Positions 51,648 through 64,000 of a stretch of DNA of 64,000 nt are shown piece after piece. The stretch covers positions 60,806,857-60,870,856 of the forward strand of contig NC_068990.1 of NCBI RefSeq assembly GCF_001194135.2. Reading direction: 5' to 3'. A program made the translations under genes and the position numbers. How positions within the stretch are numbered: the first letter of the stretch is position 1; every line of letters starts with the position of its first letter. The notes beneath the pieces are model-generated. The model did not search any database, was not told where the DNA came from, and was given only the letters and a program-made list of their open reading frames with translations. This DNA comes from Octopus bimaculoides. Lineage: Eukaryota.

Positions 51648-53199
51648 NNNNNNNNNNAGAGAGAGAGAAAGAGAGAGAGAGAGAGAAAGAGAGAAAGAGA
51701 GAGAGTATGTGTGTGAATTCTTCAAGGCAGGAAGACTATCACAAAATGTAAATATGAGAAATACTATACAAGTAACCCATACACATTTATGTCTGCACTT
51801 TCACTCTAAGAAAAGAAAAGAATACACACAAATGCACATTACATACACAAACATTACATATATACACAAACATTACATACATACATACATACATGCATGC
51901 ATGCATGCATGCATACATACATACATACATACATACATACATACATACCTACATACATACATACATACATACATACATACATTCTTTCAGTTTAAGAAGA
52001 AATTATAGGAGTGGAGAATAAATTAATATTGTATACCCTGATTGGAAGTTATTTCATATAAAGTTATTTTGAAGAAGCTTTTACTGTTTTGTAGCAGTAC
52101 ATTTTCTCCCTCCATCCCAATCTCTCTCTTTTTATCTACTTAATTTATTTAGATTTTTGTCATTCTTTTTCATTGTATCTACATATAATTATTTTCCTTG
52201 GCATCTACATGTAATTATTTTATATTTGTAAGTTTTTTTCTTTGTTTTATTTTTTTTGTTTTTGGTAAGTTTACTTGAGTGTCCAAGTTAGGTAGTTAAA
52301 GCTGTTGCAAACAAAATTTCAGCTAAATTAGATGTATGAAGAAGCTTATAAAAATCAAATTTGTTTCTCCATAAAATATTTTCGTCTTGAATATTATACA
52401 ATATGAAATTGATTGATTAATATAAAAACACAGGTAACCCTCTGTTTTTTGTAAACACAATTCTTTCTGTGAGAATGAGTTAATCCCCAAATGAAATATT
52501 TATGTGCTGAAATAATCATATACCAAAGCAAAAAATTTCAGTCTAAATTATTAACATGGAAAATGCTGGAAAAAACTAAAAATAAATGAATAAACAAAAG
52601 GAAGAAAATTGATATACTGGAGACAAATACTGCAGGAAATTACAGAACTGACATTGCACTTAAAATTGCTAATTTATTCAAGAAAGAAGGAAAAGAAATG
52701 CAAACAACATTGCTTAATATATTAAGGAAGATGGATAAAATTCATTGAAGTTTTTTAATTGCAAAGAGTTAGTTAACAAGACGTGATTTTACTTTTAAGC
52801 AAGTATGGAAGTTATAATAAGTTTCTTAATTAGGCACAAGGCCAATTTTGTTTTAGGGAAAGGTGTATAATTGATTTGTGTTGATCTCTGTTTTGGGTAA
52901 TTAAACCAATTGATGTTTGTTACTGGTATTGGTTCAATATCCTATCAACCTTTGAAGGATGAAATGTAAAACTGAAAGTTGGCTGTAGATTAGAACTCAG
53001 ATCAGTATTCTGACATATAAGCTGTCTTCACTACCTTCTTTAGCATAATGATTACTATGAGTGCTATAATGATTTTGACATTTTGGTGTAAGACCTCGGA
53101 TTTATAAGGGAATGGAGTGGGTTATTGAATAGATACATATTTGATTTTGCGATTTTGTGCCTATGAGTGATCTTGAGTATTCTGAGAAGAGTCAATCTG

Positions 53200-53490
53200 T
53201 GCAACCTACAGAAGACTGTGATGGAAAGAAGAGTGAGACTTGTAGGTCATTTATTCTTACTGCTAGAAGAATGACTACCCAATACTGCTATACAATGGGT
53301 ACCACAAGAGGGATGAAGAAAGAGAGGGGGATCAAAGAAGACATGACACACTATTTTCAAAGAAGATCTGAAACAATTTAGCATTACTTGGGAAGATGCG
53401 GGTGACCATGCTCCAAACCAAAATTACTAGAAGCCTCTTGCTGCCCAATGTACTGGCCAACTGTGCAAGAGGAACTGAAACTAGAACATG
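53200..53490 (+). mobile_element. RTE LINE 3' ORF end, decayed
   Basis: RRVRLVGHL....PNTAIQWVPQEG*RKRG...KKT*HTIFKEDLKQFSITWEDA...LAAQC matches R.RL.GH..R...W.P..G.R.RGRP.KTW..EDL. Confidence 0.7.
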
Positions 53491-54482
53491 CTTGATCTAC
53501 CTGCAGGTTTATTATACTACTGTTCTCCACTCTTCTTCTGCTGCCATTTATCGCCTCCTCCTTCCTAAGTTATGCCTGTTACCTTCTCCTCCATACTAAT
53601 ATTTACCATTGACCACACGTCCATTGTTGTAGGTCATTCATTACTTTAACCTCTTGGTGGTGGTGGTGGTGGTGGTGGTGGTTTTATCTCCGATCCCAGA
53701 ATTTATTTTTTTTACTGAATACTTCCTTTGTGGTGATACTGTTGATGATTCTGTAGACCAATTCTTGCATAGAAGAGTTGATGACATTGACTGCATGGCA
53801 ATGTTGATGGCGGGCCGAGGTTGATTTTGTTGAACCTTTCTCTCCTGCTGTTTGACTTTTTTCCTCTTCTCCAGCCACCTGTCACTCTTCCCTCACTCTC
53901 CTTTGAACTTATCCACCCACTCTTTTCATCCTCAGTCTGTATTTTATTTTATACTCACCTTCTTGTTCCTTGAGAGTACATACTGACACCTTTATCTTAT
54001 TTCTGGCTAATTCCAACCACTCCTAGGTAATATTAGGTTGTCATGTATCTCTTTCATAGCAAGACATCTGTGCCTATTCTTCTATCATAACCTAACTTCT
54101 CAACACCTGGCATAAAGCCAACTTTTCTTCAATTACAATCTCATTCAGTTGAGGAATCTTCTTCTTTTCCTTTGTCTTACACATTACTTTCTGACTTCAC
54201 TGCTGCTGCTACCAACCAAAATCAATCCAGTATACTCTGTAAAGTGGTTAGGATTAGGAAGGCCATCCAGATGTAGACATTGGGAAGGCTATCCAGATGT
54301 AGACATTAGAAAGGCCATCCAGATGTAGAGACCATGCCAAAGGAGACATTGGAGCTTGATGCAGTCCTCTTGCTTTGTTGCCTCTGTTAAATTGTTCAAT
54401 CCATGCCAGCATGGAAGATGGGCATTCAATAATGACGATGATGAAGGTATGGTTTAGTTATATAGGTATCAGTAAAAAGTAA

Positions 54483-54800
54483 ATGCCCACTTCAGTCAGG
54501 AATGACCATAGGATTGCAACTAGAAAGTTACCCTCTGAGCAACTAGTCTGGGCAAGGTTGTTTTATGGAAGACCAGCAGTCGCCCATACATACCAACCTT
54601 CCCTCTCCATGCCACCAATGTGATCGAAGGGAAAGGCAAAGGCTGATACAGATTGGCACCAATGATGTTGCAGCTCATTTCTACTGCTGAGAAATCTGGA
54701 GCAATGTGAAATGAAGTGTCTTGCTCAAGAACACAATACACATCCTGGTCTGGAAATCGAACTCACTACTTCATGATTGTGAACCTGATGTCCTAACTAT
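54483..54800 (-). mobile_element. SINE family B (long form)
   Basis: Collinear with 4322-4648 and 5416-5725. Confidence 0.8.
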
Positions 54801-55200
54801 GTGCTACTGTCTAGATAAATACTTGAGTAAAGAAAAATAATATAAAAATTTCACTTATTCTATCGTACTATTGTACTATCATGTAACTAATGATTATGAT
54901 AGGTATCAAGGTACCAAAAATATATTGAGTCATAGTATCAATTATAAATCAAGCTAAGATATAATTCATATTCTGTATGAAGGTATGAATTATATGTCGA
55001 ACCAATGTATCAAGTATATATTGAACCTAGGTATTGAATATATCTTAACTGAAGATATCATGTATATATTGTATCAACTTTATATTGAACTAAAATATCA
55101 CCAATGATATTAAATATATTTTGTTGAGAAATATTTCTTTCTCTTTCATATGAATTTTTTTAAATGCCGGTCACATCCAACATTCTCCTCTTCTTGTATG

Positions 55201-55237
<37 letters not shown>

Positions 55238-55252
55238 ATANNNNNNNNNNTA

Positions 55253-55302
<50 letters not shown>

Positions 55303-57191
55303 TATCATAACCACATATATTGATATTGATGAACCAACAAGATAAGTTCTACATGAGTGTTCAACCTGCAGGAAATAGCAGAAAATTCTCACTCAAATTA
55401 CTCCATTACCCTCTTCAGAAAGGAAGAAACATTGAATAATACAGTGCAAGATAAGCAAATAGACTGGATGATTCACAGCTGGAATGCCTTTGATCACAGA
55501 TCTTTTCAGTCAGGGCTGATCTGAGACTAAACAATGCACTCAAGTCTTGTTTTTATCTACATCCTGGAAAATGTTCTTGATCTTCTGTGAAAGTTTAAAC
55601 TTCTAAAATATGGATTGAATATTTATTTTTTACATACTTCCACTAACCATTAAGATCTCTGCTGTGGTCCTGTTGCTTCTTTGAGATCACTAATGTGTTT
55701 GAAATGATAATAAGTATTTTCAAACATTATACTTGTTCAGCAAAACTCTGGCTTGCTGTACTAGAACCAAGGTAGCAGATACAACAATATAAACTGTATT
55801 GAGGAACTATAAAATTCTATAATTTTGTTATAATCATTTATCTTATAAGAATATATGTCAGATTTCATATTAGTGTTAAGGTGATTTTAATTACAGAGAC
55901 TTCTTTTAATCTAAAAGGAAACCGAATAAATATAAAAATGGATTATGAAATTAGTAATTGTAATATTAGTTTCATGACAATCAGTAAAGCTTCCAGCCAG
56001 AACAAAATTTTATTCCCTTAAGCCTTGTCTCTAGTCTTTGTAATATATGACTACAAAGAAGCACAAAATGCATTCATTTTCTTATGAATCTAATTATGGG
56101 TCTTATGAAGCCATTAATGGTCATTAACCATCAGTGTAATTAAGATATATTTTTAATGAGTTATTTATATGACTGGTGGAAGGCTCTCTTGATGTGATGC
56201 AGACAGTTATAAAGGTTTTAGGCAAGAACAGCTACTAGAGTGGGTAGGCTCGTGGTAAGGTCAGTATCAACATAAACCAAAGAATAGCAGAAAACAAGGG
56301 AAAAGAGAAAGGGAATGGGAGGGGGGAGAGAGAGAGAGAAAAGAAGGCAGAGTGAAGTAATAGGAGTAATCAGAATGTAAGGCTGAAAATGAAACCTTGT
56401 TCCTTGTGTGTATAACATGAGCCAAATTGCAGGACAGTACTATATAGATACATGATTCATAGATTAAATTACCCATTAATTGTTGCTTTTCATGTCCAGA
56501 TGTTTTCAGTAGTTCTAACATAACTGGTTTCAGCTTTGTGTAGCAACTTGTAGTTTGTAAGGAACGCAATATGATGACATTGGTAGAAGTAGAAATATAA
56601 TTGTCAGCAATTTGTAATCAATCACTGGGTTGACTGCAACCATACACAAATCATCCTCCTCTTCCTCCTGATTATTTTTACATCCACCTTTTCATGCTTG
56701 AAGGCAATTTCTTTAGGCAGTATTCCATAGAAAGGTGTTATTCCTGACACCAAATCATTACAGCTGTTTTTTTTTTTTTTTCAAGACACTTTTAGCCCTC
56801 ATCTTCACCTTTTTGAGCCTCTACCAGTTGTTTTGTATGCGGAGGACATAACATAGCCAATACTGAATGAGTGTCAGTGCGAAGACACCATAGAAACACA
56901 CTAATATGTGTGTACACACATATATGTATTTATATGTGTGTATGTATATTATTTGTATGTATGTATGTTATTCAGTTTTATTTCAAGATTTCTTGCCAGT
57001 AGAAAAAAAACTGGTTTCTAACCTAGATCCAAGGCTCCATCATTTGAATTTCAACATCAACAGAGTATTTTTGTATGTATTGTTTTATGTATGTACTCTC
57101 ATGCATATAGTTGCATGTCTAGACTTGCTCATATATACTTGAATGATAAACTTCTGGAAAGTTTTACAGATTTTTTTAATGTATATGTATG

Positions 57192-57225
<34 letters not shown>

Positions 57226-57237
57226 TGTACATATGTA

Positions 57238-58030
57238 CAAGGGGTGTCCATTAAAGATTTCCCTTGACCCACTTCTAGTGATTGCAGAAAATGGAACTTG
57301 AACAGGCATAATCATACTACATGTCACATTGTGAATTGCAGCTTTCCACTAGCATTTGTTTACTTTTTATGGCTGCTGAAATGGACTAAGGTGTTATAAT
57401 GGAGGCAATTGAATGCGGATCAGTGATCAGGTTCTTATACCTGAAAGGTTGTGCACCAAAAGAAACTTTTGATGAGATGAAAGAAGTTTATGGTGATGAT
57501 GTACCATCATATGACATAATCAAGCACTGGCATTGCCAGTTCAAATATGATCAGACATCGGTGGAAACTGCTCCTATTCCTGGACAACCACATTCTGGCA
57601 CTGACGATGACACCAGCCATAAAGTGGAAGCTGCCATTTTGGAGGATATCCACATGACTATTTGGCAATTAGCACAAGAAGTGAAAATAAATGTCGGGTC
57701 CATAAAAAAAAATCATTCACAACCATTTGCACATGCAAAAGTTGTCTGCATGATGGATTCCCTGGATGCTCACACCTTTACAGATGCAGGGACAAGTCAG
57801 TTGCTCCCAGGCTCTTTGGCAATGTGCCAAGAAAATGAGGAGGACTTTTTTGGCAGACTCATCACACAGGATGAAACATGGGTCCATCACTATGAGCCTG
57901 AGACTAAAGTCCAGTTGAAGCAATGGAAGCATGATAACTCACCACCTCCAAAGGAGGCTCGTATCTAACCCTCAGCAGGCAAGGTGATGTTCACAGACTT
58001 TTGGGACCGGTGTGGAGTAGTGATGGTGGA
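57238..58030 (+). mobile_element. Mariner element, 5' TIR plus frameshifted transposase, 3'-truncated
   Basis: TA|CAAGGGGTGTCCATTAAAG terminus in a (TATG)n tract. ORF from 57399: VIRFLYLKG...VYGDDVPSY..IKHW (HTH); frameshift near the A-run at ~57710; then RLITQDETWVHHYEPETK.Q.KQW...PPPK...*PSAGKVM...FWD. Confidence 0.93.
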
Positions 58031-58963
58031 TGCTACACATGTGCTTGTACTTGGAAACAAGTAGCAGTTGGCAATAGAAAAGGCATCTGGCTGTAGAAAA
58101 TCCTGCACCACCATACTCTCATTTGACCCGTGTATGCATAGAAAAAGTAGATGTTAAAATGTGATGAGGTTATGTGTGTATATATACAGATACACATGTA
58201 CTGAACAGTTGTTATTTCAAATGAGATAGCATAACAGTTAACCTTTACTCGAACTAGGACTGATAGGGTTAATTACCCAGTTTCTATGATGTATAAAGGA
58301 CCAAAATCCCAACCCCTTGAATTAGATGCCAACCCATTGCAAGGTTGCTTACCCATTTACAGCTGAGTGGATCTGAGCAGTGTGAAATGAAGTGTTTTGT
58401 TCAAGAACACATTGGACTGTCCAATTTGGGAATTGAAACCACTCTCTTGCAACCATGAGTGCAACACCCTAACCACTTGGCCATTTGCTTTTAAGTTTTG
58501 CTTAGAACTCCAGGTGAATTCATGTATATCCAACTTTCAATCAGGTATCAAACTTAGTTTGTTCACTGACTTTCATTTGGTATTATATACATTTGAATAG
58601 ATTACAGAGTGTGTATCTAAAATCAGAATAAACTGGAAATTCAGTTGCAGTTTTTTTTTTTTTATCACATCATTAAAAAAATATATATATATATAATCTC
58701 CAGTTTTCTTCTGATCTGATATATATGTATGTATATATATAGTGCAAGGTGAGGAAAAATAAAACACACAGACAAGGTACAAAATAAACAGAGCTAGTAT
58801 TAGTTAGACATTTAGAAATGAGGAGAAAAAAATAAGAAAATACTTTTAATGTTTCAAGTATGCACTCTTCTTTGGTAAGATAGGATAGAGATGGTAAGAA
58901 AAAAAAATTGGAGAAGGAAAATTGGAGTAATAGAAATGTATATGTATCTGACTATCATTGTAT

Positions 58964-59014
<51 letters not shown>

Positions 59015-62000
59015 AAAGTTTTACTCACAAAGTATCATTCAACCTGAAGCTAAAGTAGATCTTTACCCAAGATTCTGAGAAGTGCAACCAGAACCATATT
59101 GTTGCGAAGCAAATTTCTTAACCACACAGTTATGCCTTCACCATTTGTTTAAAATTATTCAAATGACCTTTCTCAAACTAATCTATTATTAAATTTCAAA
59201 TTGGCCAATTATTTAAAAACTTTATAATGCCAGTGAAAATTCTCTTACAGCAGATTCTATATCGTAATAGTATTATGATGATTTATTGCAGATTAATGAC
59301 TATATTGATAGTTGTTTATAGTTGGAATTATATAAAATAAGTGAATACTAAATTGTTTTCTTTTTCTGTCATTTCTGGTATACTTGCTGTAAAAAGTTTT
59401 ATCACTTTCACACATTGTACTTTTTTCTGAAATATATAAAAGTTGCCACTTTCTTTTAACATTACTGTTTTTTTTTTTTTTGTGCCAAAAAGCTTCTTTA
59501 CAAGTGTTATTTAGTGTTTTGAATTTATTTGCAACTATGTTAAATAGCATTTCTATTTTGAAAGTTACTTTTAGAAAAGAATTTACAAAATACATTTATA
59601 AGTGTTAACAATGAAGTTACTGCTGTTTGAAATATGTTTCTTAATAGATTCAATTCTAAAGGATAAAGTCAAACAATGTTTCTTTGAGGGTTTTAGAATA
59701 ATCAAATTCAGTTAATGCAAATTAATACTGTAATCAGTAAATGCACTTTTAATTATTGATTGAAAATTTAAAACACAGAAGAAGAAAACTCTTGTCTGCA
59801 TATTTAATGTTCATTTATTTTCTGTCACTAGAATTCTTTCATTGATTATTCTCTTTAAAAAATCATTTTTATCATCCACAACATCTAAATAACTTTGTTT
59901 GAAAGTGTTTATTGATCATTTGGATTATTTCAAACTGAAAGTAGATTAATTTCTGATTGTAGAGTGTCTTTTCTTAGTTCTCAATCCTTGATTTAAACTA
60001 CTATTTATTTAAGAATACATATTAATGTTATTAAACATGAAATATTACTTGAGAAGAATATTTGAGGAAAATTACTTATTACAGTTTAGTAATATTATAA
60101 AAGACCTGAGCGGCAGAAGGCAGAATTGTCAAGTGGCAAATGAAATGAAGAGGTGGAAGATATAATTGGTAAAGTAAGAGATAGAGTGAAGATGTGAATG
60201 GCAAAATTAATAGTGGGGAGACAGAATGCAGAATTGATAGAGCAACAGATGAAATGTATTGTAAGGATTAGTTATGGGTTCTAATCTTAGTGAAGTCAAC
60301 TTCAATTTTTATCCTTCGAGTGTCAATAAAATATGACCTAAGCATTCACTGGTATTCTTGTTTCTGCTGTTATTAAACCTAATCTAGCAGACCTGTCATT
60401 AAAAGAATTTCAACTATGATCACTCTATGTTATTTTCAGATATAGCGAATCTAGAATACATTATCTATAATGTACTTCCTTTTTAAGATGGTATGGTGTG
60501 ATATGAAGGAGTTTGGATACTATTTCTAGCAAATCAAGCAATCACAGAGAGCCTCATATATTGACCTGCTGTATACAGAGGTTGATTAGATTTACTCCTC
60601 TCCCCTAAATATGCCCATGTGGCTATGTTAGAAGTCACTTAATCACAAATTTGCTTTTTTAATTTCTATTTGGCATGTCTCAAGAAGGTATCTTGTTTTC
60701 TCATTTTATCTAATTTAAACTTGTGTTGCTTTAATGCTTCCTGCTCAAGCTGGTTCTTCCTAGGTTTTCTTTGAATATTTTGTTACTCTTGTTCTAAAGT
60801 AGCTTCTGCTGAAATCTTAATCTTCCTTATTATTTTCAATTGATCATTTATCATCTAACTTGAATGAATTACTGCTTAATTATTAATACATTAATATTTT
60901 AGTACTAATTTTTTTGGTCCTTTAAACTTAAACAAATATTTTGTAAAGAGATCACTTCTTAACATGTTTTCCTTTTCATAGTTTCTTACAAATATCTAAT
61001 TTGTGTTTTTGATTATTTTGCAAGCATTGTGTATTTGAGATGACTTAACAATGCGTCTAAGATAGGGGTAAAAACACTCAAACATGTTAAATTATCTGAA
61101 AGATATTTTAAAACTACATTATTATAGATATTTTCATTATCAAACCTATTTTATTATGAAATATTTTCAAATTTTCTCTTTAACTGTCAAAGAACTCTAT
61201 GAGAGTTATATGTTGAGATTTGGCTTATTCTTTAATTAAAAGATTTATGACATGTTGTTACCTGTCTCTTTTCAAATTTACGGCTCCATTTATTCTGCCA
61301 TGTTCTCATAGATTACAATAGATTCAGTGCTTTTAATTCATGTTATTATTGTTTGAATAATTGTTTACAACCAAAGGATCTCTATCTTTTATCTCTATAT
61401 TTGAAATATTTCCTTAAAATCTAATCCCTTTATTTTTGGTGGTATGTTTGGTGAGTTTTGAAATATTCTAACCAGAAATGATCTATAGAATTTTTAAACA
61501 TGCACTGTTGTCAAACCATATTCTCAATGAGGAAGAAAAAAAAAAACTTCTATGAAAAGAAAAGAAATGAATAATAAAATACATTAATAAACTTGCCAGG
61601 CTATAGAAATGACAATTATAATACAGAGATGATAATTTGTGAGACTAAATTAGGCCTTAGGTTAAATCAAAATAGTTCAATTAAGGATATTAAACAACAA
61701 TTATGTTTGACAGCTAACCCCTATAAGATGAAACATTATGTAAAAGTAATTAGATATATTTATATAGATAAACAAACAAAATCAATATGTGTGTGTGTGC
61801 ATATGTATGTGTGTATTTATGTACATACAGACATGTTTATTTAAACCATCATGTGTTCCAATAAGATTATTAATGATAAAAAAAAGAAAGATGAAAATCG
61901 AACTGCTCTTAAAATACCTTTAGTTTCTTTTCTTTGTTGTGTTCATAATAACTTCTAGGGTAATTTTTCTTTTCAATGAGTGATTAGTAAAGTTGAAAGG

Positions 62001-62851
62001 TTAAAGAAAAATAATTAGATTATGTTTGAATGTAATTGCTCTGTACAGAATTATCTAATATTCAAGGTTAAAAGATAATTTTTCCTTCTCTATACTTTAT
62101 TAGATATTTTCACATTCCGTCAATTAAGAAATATATTATTAATACCATTGCAATCTATATTGTTTTGCTTTTGAACATGTGAAAACAAGAGGAAAGGATT
62201 ATTAAAATTCTATAACTATCTAGTCATGGGTAATCATTGCATCACTGTAGAAACAGCCTGTCTCCTAACTATGATGATCAAACTCTTGTTCTCTTTCAAC
62301 AATAAAATGAAATTGATTTCAATTCATATACTTCTCAGCCTATGGATTTACTGATGTATTATTGAATAGGATTAGTATTTGAAAGGCATAAATTCTAATT
62401 AACTGTGCATGGCCTAGTTAAGATCTGAAAAATAATTTAAATAGAATCGTATTTGTTCATGAGATGAGTAATTGATTCAGATTCCTTATTTTATGGTTCT
62501 ATTATTTTTTAACAGTTGCATCCCACCTAGTTGCTTCACTATTGATCTTGGAATCATTTTGCCAATTTCAAATACAAGCTTATTTCAAACAGTCATTTTA
62601 CATCTGCTATTTTCTCTTCCTTCTTTACTGTTCTTTGAATAGTTGAAAGTATACAATGAAATTATTGTTTTGACAGAATTCATGTTTTTCTTTCCCAAAT
62701 ATAATAAAAAAGACAAAACAAAAACAACAACAACAAATAAAGATGAAATATTTAATTTTAAGCAATGATGTTTTCTTGATGGAAGAATTTATGAAATAAG
62801 ATTAAACAATAACATATATAATTAAAATGTTGTGATTATGCTATTGGGTGT

Positions 62852-62894
<43 letters not shown>

Positions 62895-63229
62895 GTGTAC
62901 ATGGGAGGTATATGAATGATTATACATATATCTACATATACACTCGATGCATGTATGTGTAAATGGATATCCATATTTTTGTGTTTGTATGTGTGTACAT
63001 ATATATATATATATGCATGTCTGTTGTATGCTTCAGACTGTGTGCCTGTCTGACTGTCTTTCTATATATATATGTGTATGTATGTGTATATATGTGAATG
63101 AGTGTGTATGTATTTATGTATTTTTATCTTTCTGCCTATCAACCATTGTACCTACCTGTCTCTATATATGTACATATGCAACAATATATGTATGTATTGG
63201 TCTATCTATCTCTCCCTGTCTCCCTTTAT

Positions 63230-63297
<68 letters not shown>

Positions 63298-63315
63298 TCT
63301 CTCTCTCTCTCTCTT

Positions 63316-63350
<35 letters not shown>

Positions 63351-63379
63351 TTTTCTCTCTCCCCTCTCCTTATATGTTG

Positions 63380-64000
63380 TTAAGGAAAAGTGCTACTGAA
63401 ATAACAGTGAAGAAAGAGGTTTGGAAATGTTATTATGGGAAGATGCTCAATGGGGCAAAATGTGCAGGAGGTAAAGAAACTAAATAGATAAAAAGAATGA
63501 ACCAGATGACAAAGTGGCTATAGTCAAAATGGTCATTAAGGACTTGAAGACAAGGAAAGGAGTATTTGGTATAGTTACTGACATAACGAAAATGTCTGGC
63601 TAAGTAGGGCTCAAGCTGGTCACTCACATAATAAACCAAGTTTTACAAGAGTTGTCATACCCAATGATGTAACAGTTTAATTACCAACTGCTAATTGAGC
63701 AACAGAAGTGTTTTATAATAAAGAAACTATAGAAGTACAAACTGATGGGCCATGTTATGAAAGAAATGGGAAAGGTATTAAGCACAATTGAGGAGAAAGA
63801 GAATCAGGTGAGATGCAGTTTCGCTTTGTTTCTGGTCAGAATCTCAGTAATATTCTCACAGTGAGACAACTGCCAGAAATTTCTTTTAGCTTAGTATAAG
63901 TCTCTCTGCCTAGCATTTGTTGAGCTAGAGAAGGCTTTTGACAGGTTTATATGGTCTATATAGTCTGGTAGTTTTTAAGAAAACTGTTGGTGAATGGAAG
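63380..64000 (+). mobile_element. Decayed RTE RT fragment running off the window end
   Basis: KKEVWKCYYGKMLN, KLMGHVMK, EMQFRFVSG, VRQL, AFVELEKAFDR parallel the RTE at 17890-19200. Confidence 0.75.

Noticed and set aside
54959-54995. 12-bp AT-rich hairpin (atataattcata/tatgaattatat)
   Set aside because: Short, almost all A/T, inside a degenerate AT minisatellite; expected by chance or slippage.
28558-64000. Next PH-domain exon (should begin with A/G then a Trp codon)
   Set aside because: Candidate acceptors checked (e.g. ~45420, ~60490) give early stops or implausible peptides; the exon is probably in a gap or beyond the window.

Overview
AT-rich eukaryotic genomic DNA, not prokaryotic: no CRISPR, operons, rRNA or true tRNA genes seen. 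It has 13 N-gaps, dense (TA/CA/TATG/TAA/GA)n microsatellites and many decayed transposons. The repeat landscape is what I associate with Octopus/coleoid cephalopod genomes; this is inference and was not checked. The only well-supported host coding sequence is one 146-bp internal exon (28412-28557, +) encoding the C-terminal half of a PH domain most like the PEPP/PLEKHA4-7 family, so most of the window is probably intron of that gene. Mobile elements recognised from translated motifs or terminal structure: Penelope-like remnants, R4/Dong-type RLE LINEs, RTE LINEs, a CR1/L2-group LINE, a decayed Gypsy pol, two Tc1/mariner elements, three TTAA-flanked MITEs and several tRNA-derived SINE families. 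Most notable observations: a minimal hammerhead-ribozyme-like motif (25215-25254, -), a 35-bp near-perfect hairpin (14149-14237), inverted repeats bracketing the PH exon, a (TAA)n landing pad with strand-polarised nested insertions (31.8-34.3 kb), and an exact 78-bp duplication 9.4 kb apart. All alignments were done by eye; most repeat boundaries are approximate (tens of bp).
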